A DNA stretch of 63,525 nucleotides, the filler included, from Malassezia furfur (Eukaryota): assembly GCA_052055015.1 (NCBI GenBank). It is 45 parts of 45 records of this genome, joined end to end, with 100 filler letters (N's around TTAATTAATTAA, not from the genome) between each part and the next. Parts side by side here need not be neighbours in the genome. Positions count along the whole stretch, not along the records: positions 1 to 1,384 come from JBQJIT010001177.1; positions 1,485 to 2,866 come from JBQJIT010001178.1; positions 2,967 to 4,340 come from JBQJIT010001179.1; positions 4,441 to 5,806 come from JBQJIT010001180.1; positions 5,907 to 7,271 come from JBQJIT010001181.1; positions 7,372 to 8,735 come from JBQJIT010001182.1; positions 8,836 to 10,194 come from JBQJIT010001183.1; positions 10,295 to 11,648 come from JBQJIT010001184.1; 37 more parts are not named here. The stretch is one strand, 5' to 3'. A program made the position numbers and the translations under genes. Below the pieces are notes generated by a model. That model had not been told where the DNA came from. It worked only from the letters and a program-made list of their open reading frames with translations, and did not search any database. Shown here in pieces: positions 1 through 11,186 of this stretch. Each line of letters opens with the position of its first letter. The stretch's first letter is position 1.

Positions 1-2
1 TG

Positions 3-1384
3 CACGCGCGCTCCTCGTCGCACGCCGCCGAGGGGCGTGCGTGGGACCGCCGCTTGAATGTCTGGGACGAGATCGAGCCGGAGCTCGCATTGGAGGAGCT
101 GGACTTGGTTGATCCGCCACCGGCATTCGCAGCCGCATCGCCGCCACCGCCGGCGCATGCGCCCGTCCCGCAAAGCCCGCCGCCGCCGTTTGTGAGCGAC
201 GACGAGGCGCCGGCGGCACCGACGGCCGCCGCCGACGCCGACTCGGACGCAAGCAGCGATGTCGAGGCGGCCGCGCCGATCGACCCGCGGGTGATGCAGC
301 AGCGCATGGCGTGGGAGAGCGACCGCCTCGCGGGCTACAGCCTTGAGGAGCGCGTGCGTCGCATGCACCGCCGGCTCGTGAATGCGAGCGAGGCGTGGGT
401 CCAGCGCGCCGAGTCCGCCGCGCCGGTCACGTACGATGCGCCGCCGGCAACTGAGCCAAGCCCGGTCGTGGATACGCGGCCGGCACCGCGGCACGGCGCG
501 CCTCGATCCGGCGACGGCCAGGTGCGTCCTGCGCCGCCGATCCGGGCACCCGAACGGCTCTCGCTGCTGGCGCCAGTGTCGCGCGCCCGCAGCGGCGCCA
601 CGCCGCATCACGATACCCCTCGGTCGGCCGCGCGTTCCGGCGTTGCTACCACCCGCGCACCGTCGCCGTCCCGTGTATTGGCGTACGCGCCACGCTCGCC
701 GTCGCGCATCCTGCACGAGGTGCGAGCGCCTGCGCCAGTGTCCGGTGGGCGCGACGACACGCAGCTGGACGACGAGTCGAGCGACGACGAGGACCCGGGC
801 GCCGCGGACTCGTCTGACTCGGAGCTCGAGTGGCAGCGCGAGCACGACGCGCTGCGGGCGCTGCACCAGTACGAAGAGGACATGCGCAAGGCGGTGCGCC
901 GCTCGCGCATGCGGGCGCGCGAAAGCGAGCAGTCGAGCGCCTCGGCACAGATGCATGCCGCGCAAGAGCGCCTATTTGCGGCCTTTTCCGAGTTGGATCG
1001 CCACCTGCCGCGTGCGCCGCCGCCGCAGATGCCGTCGAGTGCGTCGACGACGGCGCTGTACGAGGTGTCGAGCGATAGCCTCGACTCGAGCGACTCGGAC
1101 GCAAGCGGGAGCATTACGGCGTCGCAGCGCTTTACCGAGATCCCGACCGCGCCGCCGCGCGTCGCGGGCAGCGAGACGTCCGACGACCGTGCTGAGGTGC
1201 AGGACAGCGACGAGGATGTGTGGTCGGCGGCGGGCACGAGCGAGAGCGATGAGGAACGGGAGGCCCAAGAGAGAGAGGCCCAGAACGAGGCCCAGAGCGA
1301 GGTGCAGGGGAGCGAGGTGCAGCGGCGCGAGGCGATGGCCGCGCCCGCTGCGCCCGCCGAGCTGCCTGCGCCCGCCGAGCCGCC
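3..1384 (+). CDS. Hypothetical low-complexity (Pro/Ser/Ala/acidic) protein, internal fragment
   Basis: Frame open across the whole contig with plausible coding composition; no family recognised. Confidence 0.6.
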
Positions 1385-1484
1385 NNNNNNNNNNNNNNNN
1401 NNNNNNNNNNNNNNNNNNNNNNNNNNNNTTAATTAATTAANNNNNNNNNNNNNNNNNNNNNNNNNNNNNNNNNNNNNNNNNNNN
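1385..1484. other. Artificial contig-joining spacer (N44-TTAATTAATTAA-N44); first of 44 identical spacers, last at 62165-62264
   Basis: Identical 100-bp N-flanked linker with stops in all six frames; contig lengths fall steadily from about 1384 to about 1261 bp. Confidence 0.99.
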
Positions 1485-1486
1485 GT

Positions 1487-1657
1487 CCGGCACGCCCACA
1501 GCCGCGGATCGTCACGGCAGACAATGTCGCGTCGGCGCTGGCGGTCGAGCGCCCCGCGGCGCTGGCGGCGCTGCGGTTCTGGGCATCGCACGGCGTGCTC
1601 GCCGAGCTTGCCGCGCCGGCGGCGGGCAGTTTCGCGATCCAGGAGCGCGTGTCATAG
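1487..1657 (+). CDS. C-terminal fragment resembling the cullin/winged-helix region of anaphase-promoting complex subunit 2
   Basis: Reads ...VTADNVASALAVERPAALAALRFWASHGVLAE...GSFAIQERVS*; FWxxxGVLxE resembles APC2. Only 56 aa visible. Confidence 0.45.
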   Translation, partial: PARPQPRIVTADNVASALAVERPAALAALRFWASHGVLAELAAPAAGSFAIQERVS

Positions 1658-1660
1658 CCT

Positions 1661-2866
1661 CTACGACAGGAATCTTGGCTCGCCCAGCAAGCCGAGCAAC
1701 AGGCTATGTTCGCGCACGGTGCGCACGAGGGCCTGCCCCGTGGCGGACGCGGCGGCGTGGCGCGCGCCGGGCGTGTGTGCGTCGATGCCGAGCCCGGTGG
1801 CGAGCACGCGGTCCGCGAGGCGCTCGGCGGCCGAGCGCGACGCATCGGCGTCCGGTGCGCCGAGCGCCGCAAGCTGTTCGTCGAGCAGGCGCACGACATG
1901 GTGCGCCGTGGCGGCATCGGCGAGGTACAGCTGCAGCGTGCTGGCCGGCGCGTCCGGCGCGGCGGTGTGCAGCGTGAGTGCCGGGCGAGTCGTGTGCCGC
2001 TCGCTGACGAGCGGCAGCGTACGTGGCAGCGCGCGCCACGGCGCGCGGGCCTCGGCGGTCGGGGGGTAGAGCGGCGCGTGTGCGCCGACGCGCACAAACG
2101 CAAGGTTGTGCTCGCCTGGCGCGGTGCTGCACACGGTGAACTCGGCGGTGGCCGAGTGCGCAAACGTCAGCACGGGCGGGTCCATGTACAGCGCGTCGCC
2201 GAGCAGTTTGATGCGCACGTGCGGGTCGGGCGCATCGAGCGCCACGGTGACGCTCGCCGACGGCACGCCGACGACGAGGCCCTCGGCAAGTGCCGACGCA
2301 TCGAGCACGATGCGGCGCGGCGCGTGCGCGGACGCCTGTGCGAGCGGGTACGTCTTGATCGCCAGGAACGCCTCGTGCACCGCGCGGTCCGACCACACGT
2401 GGCGCACGTCGTGCGCGCGCACCGTGCGCACAAACTGCTCGAGCGACACGTGCGCGTCGAAGCGCGGCGCGAGGCCCGGCGCGGCAGGCGACGCGGGCGT
2501 GTGCAGCGCGTCGTTGAGTGCGACGAGTGCGCACGCGAGCTCGAGCGCGAGGGCGCGCGAGACGTCGCGCGCCAGCTCCGCGTGGTTGCACTGCACCCAG
2601 TGCGCCGCAAACGCACGCAGCAGCGCCTCGATGTCGCCCGTGCGCGCGGGGAAGCGCAGGTCGACGAGCAGCATGCGCAGCGCCGACTCGAGCGGCACGC
2701 CGGCAAACGCGTGCTGCGCGACGTACGCGTCGACCACCGCGCGGTGCGCCGCGTCGTACAGGTACAGCGACACGGCCGCGCGGTCGAGCTCGGGCAGCAG
2801 GAAGAGCACCTCGGCGCACGCCGTCGCGTCGGCGCCGCCCGCGCCGCGCAGGTCGTACGCGGCCGC
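1661..2866 (-). CDS. Sec7-domain (ARF-GEF-like) protein, C-terminal part
   Basis: FAGVPLESALRMLLVDLRFP...IEALLRAFAAHWVQCN and ALVALNDALH match degenerate Sec7 motifs. Confidence 0.65.
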   Translation of the reverse strand, partial: AAAYDLRGAGGADATACAEVLFLLPELDRAAVSLYLYDAAHRAVVDAYVAQHAFAGVPLESALRMLLVDLRFPARTGDIEALLRAFAAHWVQCNHAELARDVSRALALELACALVALNDALHTPASPAAPGLAPRFDAHVSLEQFVRTVRAHDVRHVWSDRAVHEAFLAIKTYPLAQASAHAPRRIVLDASALAEGLVVGVPSASVTVALDAPDPHVRIKLLGDALYMDPPVLTFAHSATAEFTVCSTAPGEHNLAFVRVGAHAPLYPPTAEARAPWRALPRTLPLVSERHTTRPALTLHTAAPDAPASTLQLYLADAATAHHVVRLLDEQLAALGAPDADASRSAAERLADRVLATGLGIDAHTPGARHAAASATGQALVRTVREHSLLLGLLGEPRFLS

Positions 2867-2966
2867 NNNNNNNNNNNNNNNNNNNNNNNNNNNNNNNNNN
2901 NNNNNNNNNNTTAATTAATTAANNNNNNNNNNNNNNNNNNNNNNNNNNNNNNNNNNNNNNNNNNNN

Positions 2967-4340
2967 GTGCCGGCGGCGCGCATTGCGCCGCTGGCCGAGG
3001 GCGCGCTGGGCGCGGAGCGGGAGCCGGCGCGGCTTGCGTCGTACTCGGTGAGTGCGCTGGCGGCCGCGCAGCGTGCGCCGCCCGTGTCGGCGCAGCGGCG
3101 GATGCACGACCCGGTGGCGATGCTGCGCGGTGCGGGCGAGTCGCAGCACAACCAGCTGGAGGAGCTGGTGCTGCGCCCGGGCGCGCAGTACCGCGTGGTG
3201 GTGTCGCACCGCCCGCCGCGCGAGGCGCTGGACGCGACGTACAGCGCGGGGCGCCTGCGCGAGGCGTCGTTCCGCATCTACCTGGACCACGCGCGCCTGC
3301 GCGACAATGCGCGGGCGCCCGGCGGGATGCAGCGGCAGACGATCGACTGCCACCTGCGGACGTGCACGCCGTTCATCTCGGTGTCGCCCAAGGTGGTCGA
3401 CTTTGGCGTGGCGGGCGTCGGCACGCGCAAGCCCGGGCAGATTGCCGTGACGAACCACGCGGACCTGAGCACGCGCATCCTGCTGCGCTTCGTGAGCAAG
3501 GTGCTGAGCATGTACATGGACCCGATCACGGTGCCTGCGCGGCAGACGGTCGAGGTGCGCATGGACTTTTTCCCGCGGCGCGTCAACGACGCGTACCGCA
3601 AGCAGATCACCGTGATGAATTTGCTGAACCGCCCGAACGACCAGATCTTCGAGGTGCGTGCGCGCAACGTCGACCTGCAGCGCGTCAGCTTCCACTCGCT
3701 CTTCTACCGGATTTTGACGCGCACGGGCGCCAACTACCTCGACTTTGGCGACGTCAACATCCACTCGTCGCGCGTGCGCAGCTTCGCGATCGAGAACCTG
3801 TGTGCGGAGCGCCTCGTGCTCGAGCTGAGCGTCGCGCACCCCGAGGACCTCGTGCTGTACGTCAAGGCGCCGCCGCGCACCGACGCGCCGCCCGCCGCAG
3901 ACGGCGCGCGCGACGACGCCGAGGCACGCGAACGCCCGCGCGCGGGCACCGAGCGCAAGGAGCGCTTCCTCGAGACCATCTCCACGGACGCCACCGCCCT
4001 CGCACGCACCGACGCACACGCATCCCGCGCGCCGCGCACGCCGCGCCCCGCACGCCGCGACGACGCACGCGCCGCTACGCGCCCCGCGCGCCTCGACCTC
4101 GGCGCGGCGCTCAAGCGCGGCCTGCGTGGGCGCGTGACGTACCGCCACGGCGCATCGATGACGTTCAAGGACCGCACCCTCCTGCACGCGCTCGAGCCGC
4201 TCGACCTCGCAAGCGGGCCGCCGGTCGACGCCGCACGGCTCTCGGCCAAGGCGCGGCGCGTGCAGCGGCTGCAGGCGCGCGACGGCGACGGCGACGCACC
4301 GGCCGACACGCGGCATGCACGCACCAGGACGCCGGTGGCG
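2967..4340 (+). CDS. Conserved large fungal protein with ASH/PapD-like Ig-fold repeats, internal fragment
   Basis: Repeated pattern ISVSPKVVDFG...IAVTN...TVPARQTVEVRMDFFP and NYLDFGDV...RSFAIEN. Confidence 0.6.
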
Positions 4341-4440
4341 NNNNNNNNNNNNNNNNNNNNNNNNNNNNNNNNNNNNNNNNNNNNTTAATTAATTAANNNN
4401 NNNNNNNNNNNNNNNNNNNNNNNNNNNNNNNNNNNNNNNN

Positions 4441-5806
4441 GGCGACGTGCTCGACGACACGCACTCGCTCGCCTCGGTGTCGCACACGCGCTCCGAGGTC
4501 GGCGACGACACGATGAGCACGCTCACCTTCCGCCCCGCGTACCCCAGTGCGGACGCGTGGATCCGGCGCTTCCGCGGCGAGGGCCTCAGCCGCAAGTACT
4601 GGATGGCGGACGAGACCGCGAAAGAGTGCCGCGACTGCCTGCTGCCGTTCACGCCGCTGCGCCGGCGGCACCACTGCCGCATCTGCGGCCAGATCTTCTG
4701 CCACAAGTGCTGCTCGAACATTGTGCCCGGCGCGCGGTTCGGGCACGCGGATGCGATCCGCACGTGCAATCAGTGCCTGCGCATGCTGCAGGAGTACGAC
4801 CGGCGCGAGGCGATCGACTCGGAGCACCGCGCCGCGGCGTCGTCGCGCGCCGACGACGCGTCGAGCATCGCGCCGCTCTCGCCCACGGAGCCCGACGTAG
4901 ACGACCTGCACACGCCGCAGTCGCAGTTTGCGGCCACGACGCTGTTCTCGCGCGACGCGCATGCGCTGCCCTGGCGCGTGCCGCGCGCCGACGACGACAG
5001 TGCGTGGGACGGGTCGTGGGAGGCGGACGACACGCACGACGCCGGCGACGCGCGCGACGCGCCTGGCGCGCTCGAAGCGCTCACGCCGTTCCGCGCGGGC
5101 CTCGACGCGGACGACGCGGCGTCGCCCACGCCGCTTGCGGACGCGTCGTTTGACGAGCCGGGCCCCGTGGTGGCCGGCGAGCCGGAGCGCGAGGAGTCGG
5201 AGCAGGATGCGGACTCGCCGACGCTGCCGCGCGAGGCGCCCGGCTCGCCGGTGCGGCGCACGGCGCGGCAGAAGCTGATGCGCGGCGCGTCGCGCTTTGT
5301 GACGAGCACGGCGCTGGGTGCGCCGTCGCTGGTGTACTTTCTGCGCATGCTGCACCAGGTGCTTGTGGCGGAGCACGTCGGCGACGTGCAGGAGTGGAAG
5401 GAGACGGTCAAGCTGCTGGCGCTCGCGGTGATCGAGCGGGTGCGCATGCGCACGCGGAGCACCTATCTGACGGACATCCGCAACTTTGTCAAGATCAAGT
5501 GCATGCCCGGCGGGCGCATCTCGGACTGCGAGTTCCTGGACGGCTACATCTGCACGAAGAACGTCGCGACGAAGCGCATGGCGAGTTTCCTGCCGGTGCG
5601 CAACGCGCGCATCATGGTGATTGCGTTCCCGCTCGAGTACCACCGCAACGCGAACCAGCTCATGTCGCTCGAGCCGATCATGGCGCAGGAGCACGAGTTT
5701 TTGCGGATCCTCGTGGCGCGCATCCTCGCGCTGCGCCCCAACGTGGTGGTGGCGGAGAAGTCGGTGTCGTACTATGCGCTGCAGCTGTTCGAGGAGGCGC
5801 ACGTCG
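4441..5806 (+). CDS. FAB1: 1-phosphatidylinositol-3-phosphate 5-kinase (PIKfyve), fragment
   Basis: FYVE finger (YWMAD...C..C...RRRHHCRICGQIFC) followed by the CCT/Cpn60-like domain (VKIKCMPGG...CTKNVATKRM). Confidence 0.95.
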
Positions 5807-6059
5807 NNNNNNNNNNNNNNNNNNNNNNNNNNNNNNNNNNNNNNNNNNNNTTAATTAATTAANNNNNNNNNNNNNNNNNNNNNNNNNNNNNNNNNNNNNN
5901 NNNNNNTGGGGGGGGGGGCCGCCGCCGCCGCTGCCCCCGCGGCGTGCGTCGGAGGCCGCGCAGGTGCCGCCGCCCGTACCTCCCAAATAGTCCCTCGCTT
6001 GTCACTATGGGTGTCTGCTGTTTTGTCGGAGCGGCGTGTGGCGACGCCGCGTGCCGGGA

Positions 6060-6377
6060 TCAGGAGCCGCGCTTATCGAGCGCGGCAAACATGGTGGAGC
6101 TCTCGCTGTATTCGGCGCCCGGGATGCCGCGGAAGCTGTGTGAGAGCGCCGATACGTACCGCTTGCGCATGTCCCACAAAGAGCGCTTGCACTGCACAAA
6201 TCCCTTGTACGCCTGCTGGCACTCGATGGGCAGCTCGGCGCGGTGGTCCGTCAAACACTCCTTGCCCGTGTGTCCGTGCACCTGGACGCAGTCAGACGCC
6301 TGCAGGCACTTGGCCAAGTCCTCGCGGAGCTGGTCGCACTGCCGTCAGTCGCGCGCCGCACGCACCACCCCCCGCAT
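6060..6377 (-). CDS. PET191: Cytochrome c oxidase assembly factor Pet191/COA5, complete; introns 6339-6365 and 6136-6159
   Basis: Splicing gives MRGVCDQLREDLAKCLQASDCV...ECQQAYKGFVQCKRSLWDMRKRFRG (twin CX9C-type protein with the DMRKRFRG motif). Confidence 0.88.
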
Positions 6378-6484
6378 CGTCCGCGCCGGACGAAGAACGC
6401 CACGTGCCACGCCGGCGGCTCCCGATCACGTGGCAGACTGGCTTTTCGGCGGTTTGCGAGCAGCCGACGGCAGCGCGACGCAGC

Positions 6485-7271
6485 ATGGACGCGGCCGAAG
6501 ACGTAGCGTCTGCACCGGGCCCTTCTACCGATGCTGGCGCGCGGCGGCACTTTTTGCGTCCGGACGATGCGCCGTCCCACGTGCATGACACCAGCGCGCC
6601 GGGCGTGGCCGAAGTGCTCGTGCTCGACCCCGGGACGAGCGAGTCGCCCACCGAGGAGCAGGAAGAAGAGACGCGCGCCGTCGAGCGCCATCTGCGGCGC
6701 TGGGCCGAGCAGGAGCGGCTGCAGCGGAAAAACTCACGGAGCCAGCCGGTGCGCAACCACAGCGTGCTGCCGATGCACACGACGGGTCTCGTGCGCAAGT
6801 TGAGCAGCTCGATCGCCGCGCGGCACCGACATACCCCTTCTGCCTACGACAATGCGTTTGAGATGGTGCAGCCGAGCGAGTACGAGCGGCCAGCAGATGC
6901 GCCACGCGCGCCCACGCGCTACGCGTCGGTCGACAGCGAAGAGGGCCACTTTGTGCACCTGGGCGAGCCGAGCGAGCAGCAGGCACTGCAGGCCGACCAC
7001 TCGCACTACTTTGACCCCGACGGGCACGCGGGCGACATCAGCTCGGTGTCGTTCGACGACTTTGACGAAAATAAGGCGCCGCACGGCGCGCCGCCGCCCG
7101 ACGTAGGGCCCGCGCCGCCATCGGCGGCCGCGTACGACGACGCGTCGCCGCTTGCCAGTCCGACGCCCGCCGACGATGCCACCATGGCCGCGACGCTGGC
7201 GCGCATTCGCTCCGACGACTTCCCGCGCGTCACGGTGGGGCGCGCGTCCAGCATCGCGGCGCGGCGCGGCG
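6485..7271 (+). CDS. Hypothetical protein, N-terminal part (MDAAEDVAS...)
   Basis: ATG at 6485, divergent from PET191, frame open to the contig end; no family recognised. Confidence 0.6.
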
Positions 7272-7371
7272 NNNNNNNNNNNNNNNNNNNNNNNNNNNNN
7301 NNNNNNNNNNNNNNNTTAATTAATTAANNNNNNNNNNNNNNNNNNNNNNNNNNNNNNNNNNNNNNNNNNNN

Positions 7372-8735
7372 TCCAGCGGCGCCGTCCGCGCGTGCACGCC
7401 GGGGCCGAGCTCGCGAGTTGCGGTGCCGCGCTCGCCCCTCGCGCCGGGACCGTCGAGTCCCGCCGCCGTTGAGGGCCCTCCGCCTGGCGCGTCGGCGTCG
7501 CCCGTGCGCGCCCAGCTCGGCACGTTTGCGGCGCCCGAGACGCCGCTGCGCACGCCGCAGCGTGCGGCGCCCGTGCGTGCGCGCCCCGGCAGTGCGCTCG
7601 GCACGACGCGCCCCCGAACGATACCCAGCGCCCGCACGCCGCGCGGCGCACCGGCCATCTCGGTCGGCCTGAGCCCGTGCGTGTACCGCACGGGTGTGCG
7701 CACGCCGGGCAGCGCGCGCACCTTTACGCCGCCGTTCAAAAAAGCGCCCGTGACGCCTGTGCGTGCGCCGCCCGAGCGTGTGCCGCTCTTTGACCTCACG
7801 GCGCCCGCTGCGCGGTTGGACTACCGCGCGGCAGGCTTTTGGCCGCGCCCGCAGACGTGGGAGGCGGCGATCGCGCGCGGCGTGCCCGTCGAGGCGTGCA
7901 TGATTCTTGCGGACCCTCCGTGTGCGGCGCACTATACCCTGTCTGGCACGCACGGCGTCGACGAGGCGCTCGCGGCGCTGCACGCGCTCGGCGCGCAGCG
8001 CGCGACGCGCAAGTGGGTGCAGCACCACTACACGCTCATCCTATGGAAGCTGGCGGGCTACGCGGCGTCGAGCTCGTCGGACCCCGTGTCGTGGTGGCAG
8101 TGGGAGCACGTGCTGAACGCGCTGCGCTACCGCTACGAGCGCGAGGTGCACCGCGGGGCGCACAGCTGCGTGAAGCGCATCCAGGAGCGCACCGCGCCTG
8201 CGGACCGCGCCATGGTGCTGTGCGTGTATGCGGTGCAGCGCCTGCCCCATGCGGACCCCGACGAGGGGCCGTCCACGGTGCTGCACCTCACCGACGGGTG
8301 GTACCTGATCCGTGCCGAGTTGGATGCGCCGCTGCAGCGCGCCGTGGACGCCGGCAAGATCCAGCGGGGGCGCAAGCTCGCCATCTGTGCCGCCCAGCTG
8401 CACGCGTTTGGCGACGGTACGCCCGCGCTCGACGCGCTGCCGACGTCCGACCTCGTGCTCGCGGCGAACGCCACGGCGCTCGCGCCGTGGGACGCGCGCC
8501 TCGGCTTCCACCGCGCGCCGTTCGTGTCGAGCCTGTCGCGCCTCACGAGCGACGGCGGGATCGTCGGCGCGATGGACGTGGTACTGGATCGCATCTACCC
8601 GACCGGCTATCAAGAAGGCCACCGCGATGCACGCGGCCTGCCCGTCTTCCCCCACGCCGAGCACGGCGGCGAGGAAGAGGCGGAGCGTGCCGCGCGGTGG
8701 CACACGGCGCGGCACGGCGCCGAGGCGCAGCTGCG
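7372..8735 (+). CDS. BRH2: BRCA2 homolog, PhePP motif plus helical and OB1 DNA-binding region, fragment
   Basis: FTPPFK (PhePP), WVQHHYTLILWKLA, LRYRYEREV, LTDGWY, ANAT..APWDARLGF. Confidence 0.93.
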
Positions 8736-8836
8736 NNNNNNNNNNNNNNNNNNNNNNNNNNNNNNNNNNNNNNNNNNNNTTAATTAATTAANNNNNNNNN
8801 NNNNNNNNNNNNNNNNNNNNNNNNNNNNNNNNNNNG

Positions 8837-10060
8837 CCGCTGCTCATCGAAAAGATCCCGGTGCGCAACGGCAACGGCACTGTGATGATCGCCGAGTTTG
8901 GGTGCCTCAACTCGCGCTCGATGCAGCTCCTGCGTCCGATCATCGAGGAGTTTGCGAAGCACGTCGAGTGCGACCCCGGCGCGGCGGCGGCGGACGCGAC
9001 CGCCGAGGCGGTCAACGTGAACGGCATCGCCGCAGTGGACAGCGTCGCGACGATGCCGACGGTGCGCGACTTCTTCGTGATCCACGAGGACGTCCCGCAG
9101 GCGGACTTCCACGCGTTCACGCACCTCCTCGACACGCACCCCGAGTCGTACCTCAACCCCGCGTGGCAGGCGTCGCACAAGCCGTCGCTGCAGAACTGCG
9201 TCTTCTCCTCGTTTGTGGCGCGTCCGTTTGGCTCGCGCATCGTGCCACAGGACACCCTGCACTTTGGGTTCAGCTTGATGGACCTGCAGTGGACACATAC
9301 CCCCAACGCCACCGACGTCTCCCTCGCGACCACCGCGCAGGCCGAGCTCACGAGCTTTCTGCTCGCGCGCGCCAGCGAGTTTGCCAAGGGCGGCGTGCTC
9401 GTCATGGCGTTCATCGCGCGCTCCGAGGCCGACGACGCGCCCACGGCGCCCCTCGCCGCCGGGCTCGACCGCACGCGCCCCGGCGCGGCGCCCACGGGCG
9501 CTCCTCCACCACTCTCTCCGCACGCGCCCCGCGACATCTGGGCGACGATGTCGGACATGCTCGTGCCGTGCCTGCAGCGCCTCGTGTCCTGCGGCATGCT
9601 CAAAAGCACCGTCGCGCGGCAGCTGCTCACGCTGCCGATGCACCCCCGCACGCCGTCGCAGACGATGCGCGTGCTCAACGACCTCGACCACCTCTGGGAG
9701 CTCGACTGGAGCTGCGGCGTGGGGCAGGACACGCCGCTTCTCAGTGCCTCGGGGCGCGAGCCGGCCGTGTGCAGCGAGCGCGAGCCGCTGCGCCTGCCGC
9801 AGCCCGCATGGGTGGCGCTGCAGTCGGGGCGCATCTCGCATGCGTTGTACACCGAGCACGTCATCCAGATGTTCAAGCATCTCTACGAGTCTCACTTCCG
9901 CATGGTGCTCCGCGAGCGCGGAAAACTGAGCAAGGGCGCATCCGAGTTTATCCTCGATAGCCTCTGGGACGTGCTCTCCTCGCGCATCGAGGACACGCAC
10001 GCCTCGCCCCTCGCCGAGTGCGAGCTCGAGGTGCAGCTGATTGCGCTGCGCCGCCGGTAG
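8837..10060 (+). CDS. SAM-dependent carboxyl methyltransferase-like (SABATH/Methyltransf_7 fold) protein, C-terminal part
   Basis: IAEFGC, VIHEDVPQADF, FSSFVARPFGSRIVP..TLHFGFS...LQW and FLLARASEFAKGGVLV parallel SABATH motifs in order. Confidence 0.6.
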   Translation, partial: PLLIEKIPVRNGNGTVMIAEFGCLNSRSMQLLRPIIEEFAKHVECDPGAAAADATAEAVNVNGIAAVDSVATMPTVRDFFVIHEDVPQADFHAFTHLLDTHPESYLNPAWQASHKPSLQNCVFSSFVARPFGSRIVPQDTLHFGFSLMDLQWTHTPNATDVSLATTAQAELTSFLLARASEFAKGGVLVMAFIARSEADDAPTAPLAAGLDRTRPGAAPTGAPPPLSPHAPRDIWATMSDMLVPCLQRLVSCGMLKSTVARQLLTLPMHPRTPSQTMRVLNDLDHLWELDWSCGVGQDTPLLSASGREPAVCSEREPLRLPQPAWVALQSGRISHALYTEHVIQMFKHLYESHFRMVLRERGKLSKGASEFILDSLWDVLSSRIEDTHASPLAECELEVQLIALRRR

Positions 10061-10294
10061 TTCGCCACCGCTGTATAGTACACAAGGGAGAATCCCCGTT
10101 GACGTTCGCGCGCTCGCCCGTACCCCGGCGCCCGTCAGGCACCGTGCACGCCCCGGCGCCCGCCAGGAACCGCGCCCGCCCACCGTGCGCGCCCNNNNNN
10201 NNNNNNNNNNNNNNNNNNNNNNNNNNNNNNNNNNNNNNTTAATTAATTAANNNNNNNNNNNNNNNNNNNNNNNNNNNNNNNNNNNNNNNNNNNN

Positions 10295-11137
10295 CACGGC
10301 GCCGCTCTGGCTCGCCGACAGGCTCGAGCGCGGGCGCGGGAGCGAGCTGCGCTCGGCGCGCGGGCGCGTCGCAAGCGTCGCAGTCTGGGCGTTCTGCAGA
10401 CGCATCTGGAGCTGCCGCATGTGGTCGCGCAGGCGCTCGAGGGTATAGGCCTTGCCAGGCGGAGCGCCGCGCCGCGCCGTGACGAGGTCGCTGAGGTGCA
10501 GCTCGTCGTCGTCGGCGCCCGTGTCCTCCGCGGCGTCCTGGGGCACGGGCGCAGGCGCAGGCGCGGGCGCGGACGCGGGCGCGGCGCGCTGGCGCACCGC
10601 GAGCTCCTCGCGCAGGTCGCGCAGCTCGTCCTTGAGCCGCTGGTTCTCTTCCTCGAGACGCGTCTTGTCCTCAAGCTCAGACTCGAGCAGCGCGGTGCGC
10701 TCCATCGCCGAATTGTACTGGCGCTCCATGTCGGCGAGGGACGAGTTGATCATCCGCTCGGCGTTCTCGAGCTCGTCGTTGTCGAGCTCCATGTCGCGCA
10801 GCTTGGTTTTGTACGCGTCGTGCGACTCGCGCAGCTTGGACAGCTCGCGGTGCAGCTCGCCGAGTGTGGTGTTGTGCTCAGCAAGCGACTGCTGGTACTT
10901 GCCGCGCCACTCGTCCACGTCCGCGCGCAGCGCCTCGTTCTCGGCCTGGAGCGCGTCGGCGCGTGCGGAGGTCTGCGCAATGTCCGCCTCGAGCTCCGCC
11001 TCGAGCTCTTTCGAGGACTCCATAAACTCCTGCAGACCATTCCCGGCCTCGCGCAGCGCATCCTGCATGTGCTGCACCTGCGCCTTGTAGTGCAGCGCCT
11101 CCTCGGCGGCATGGCTGAACCGCGGCGCGTCGCTCAT
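10295..11137 (-). CDS. nudE: Nuclear distribution protein NudE/Nde1, N-terminal part
   Basis: LQEFMESSKELEAELEADI, KLRDMELDNDELENAER, ERTALLESEL coiled-coil signature. Confidence 0.9.
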
Positions 11138-11186
11138 GCTCGACGCCGCGACCAAACACGCATCACGTGCAAGTGTTGCTTCCACG

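Noticed and set aside
5907..6059. Poly-G and GCC tract at the contig start as a possible G-quadruplex or telomere-like element
   Set aside because: Contig-edge homopolymer, probably low-quality sequence or the antisense of a polyproline codon run.
7372..8735. BRCA2 homolog in a yeast as a novelty
   Set aside because: Brh2 is well established in Ustilago and related basidiomycetes.
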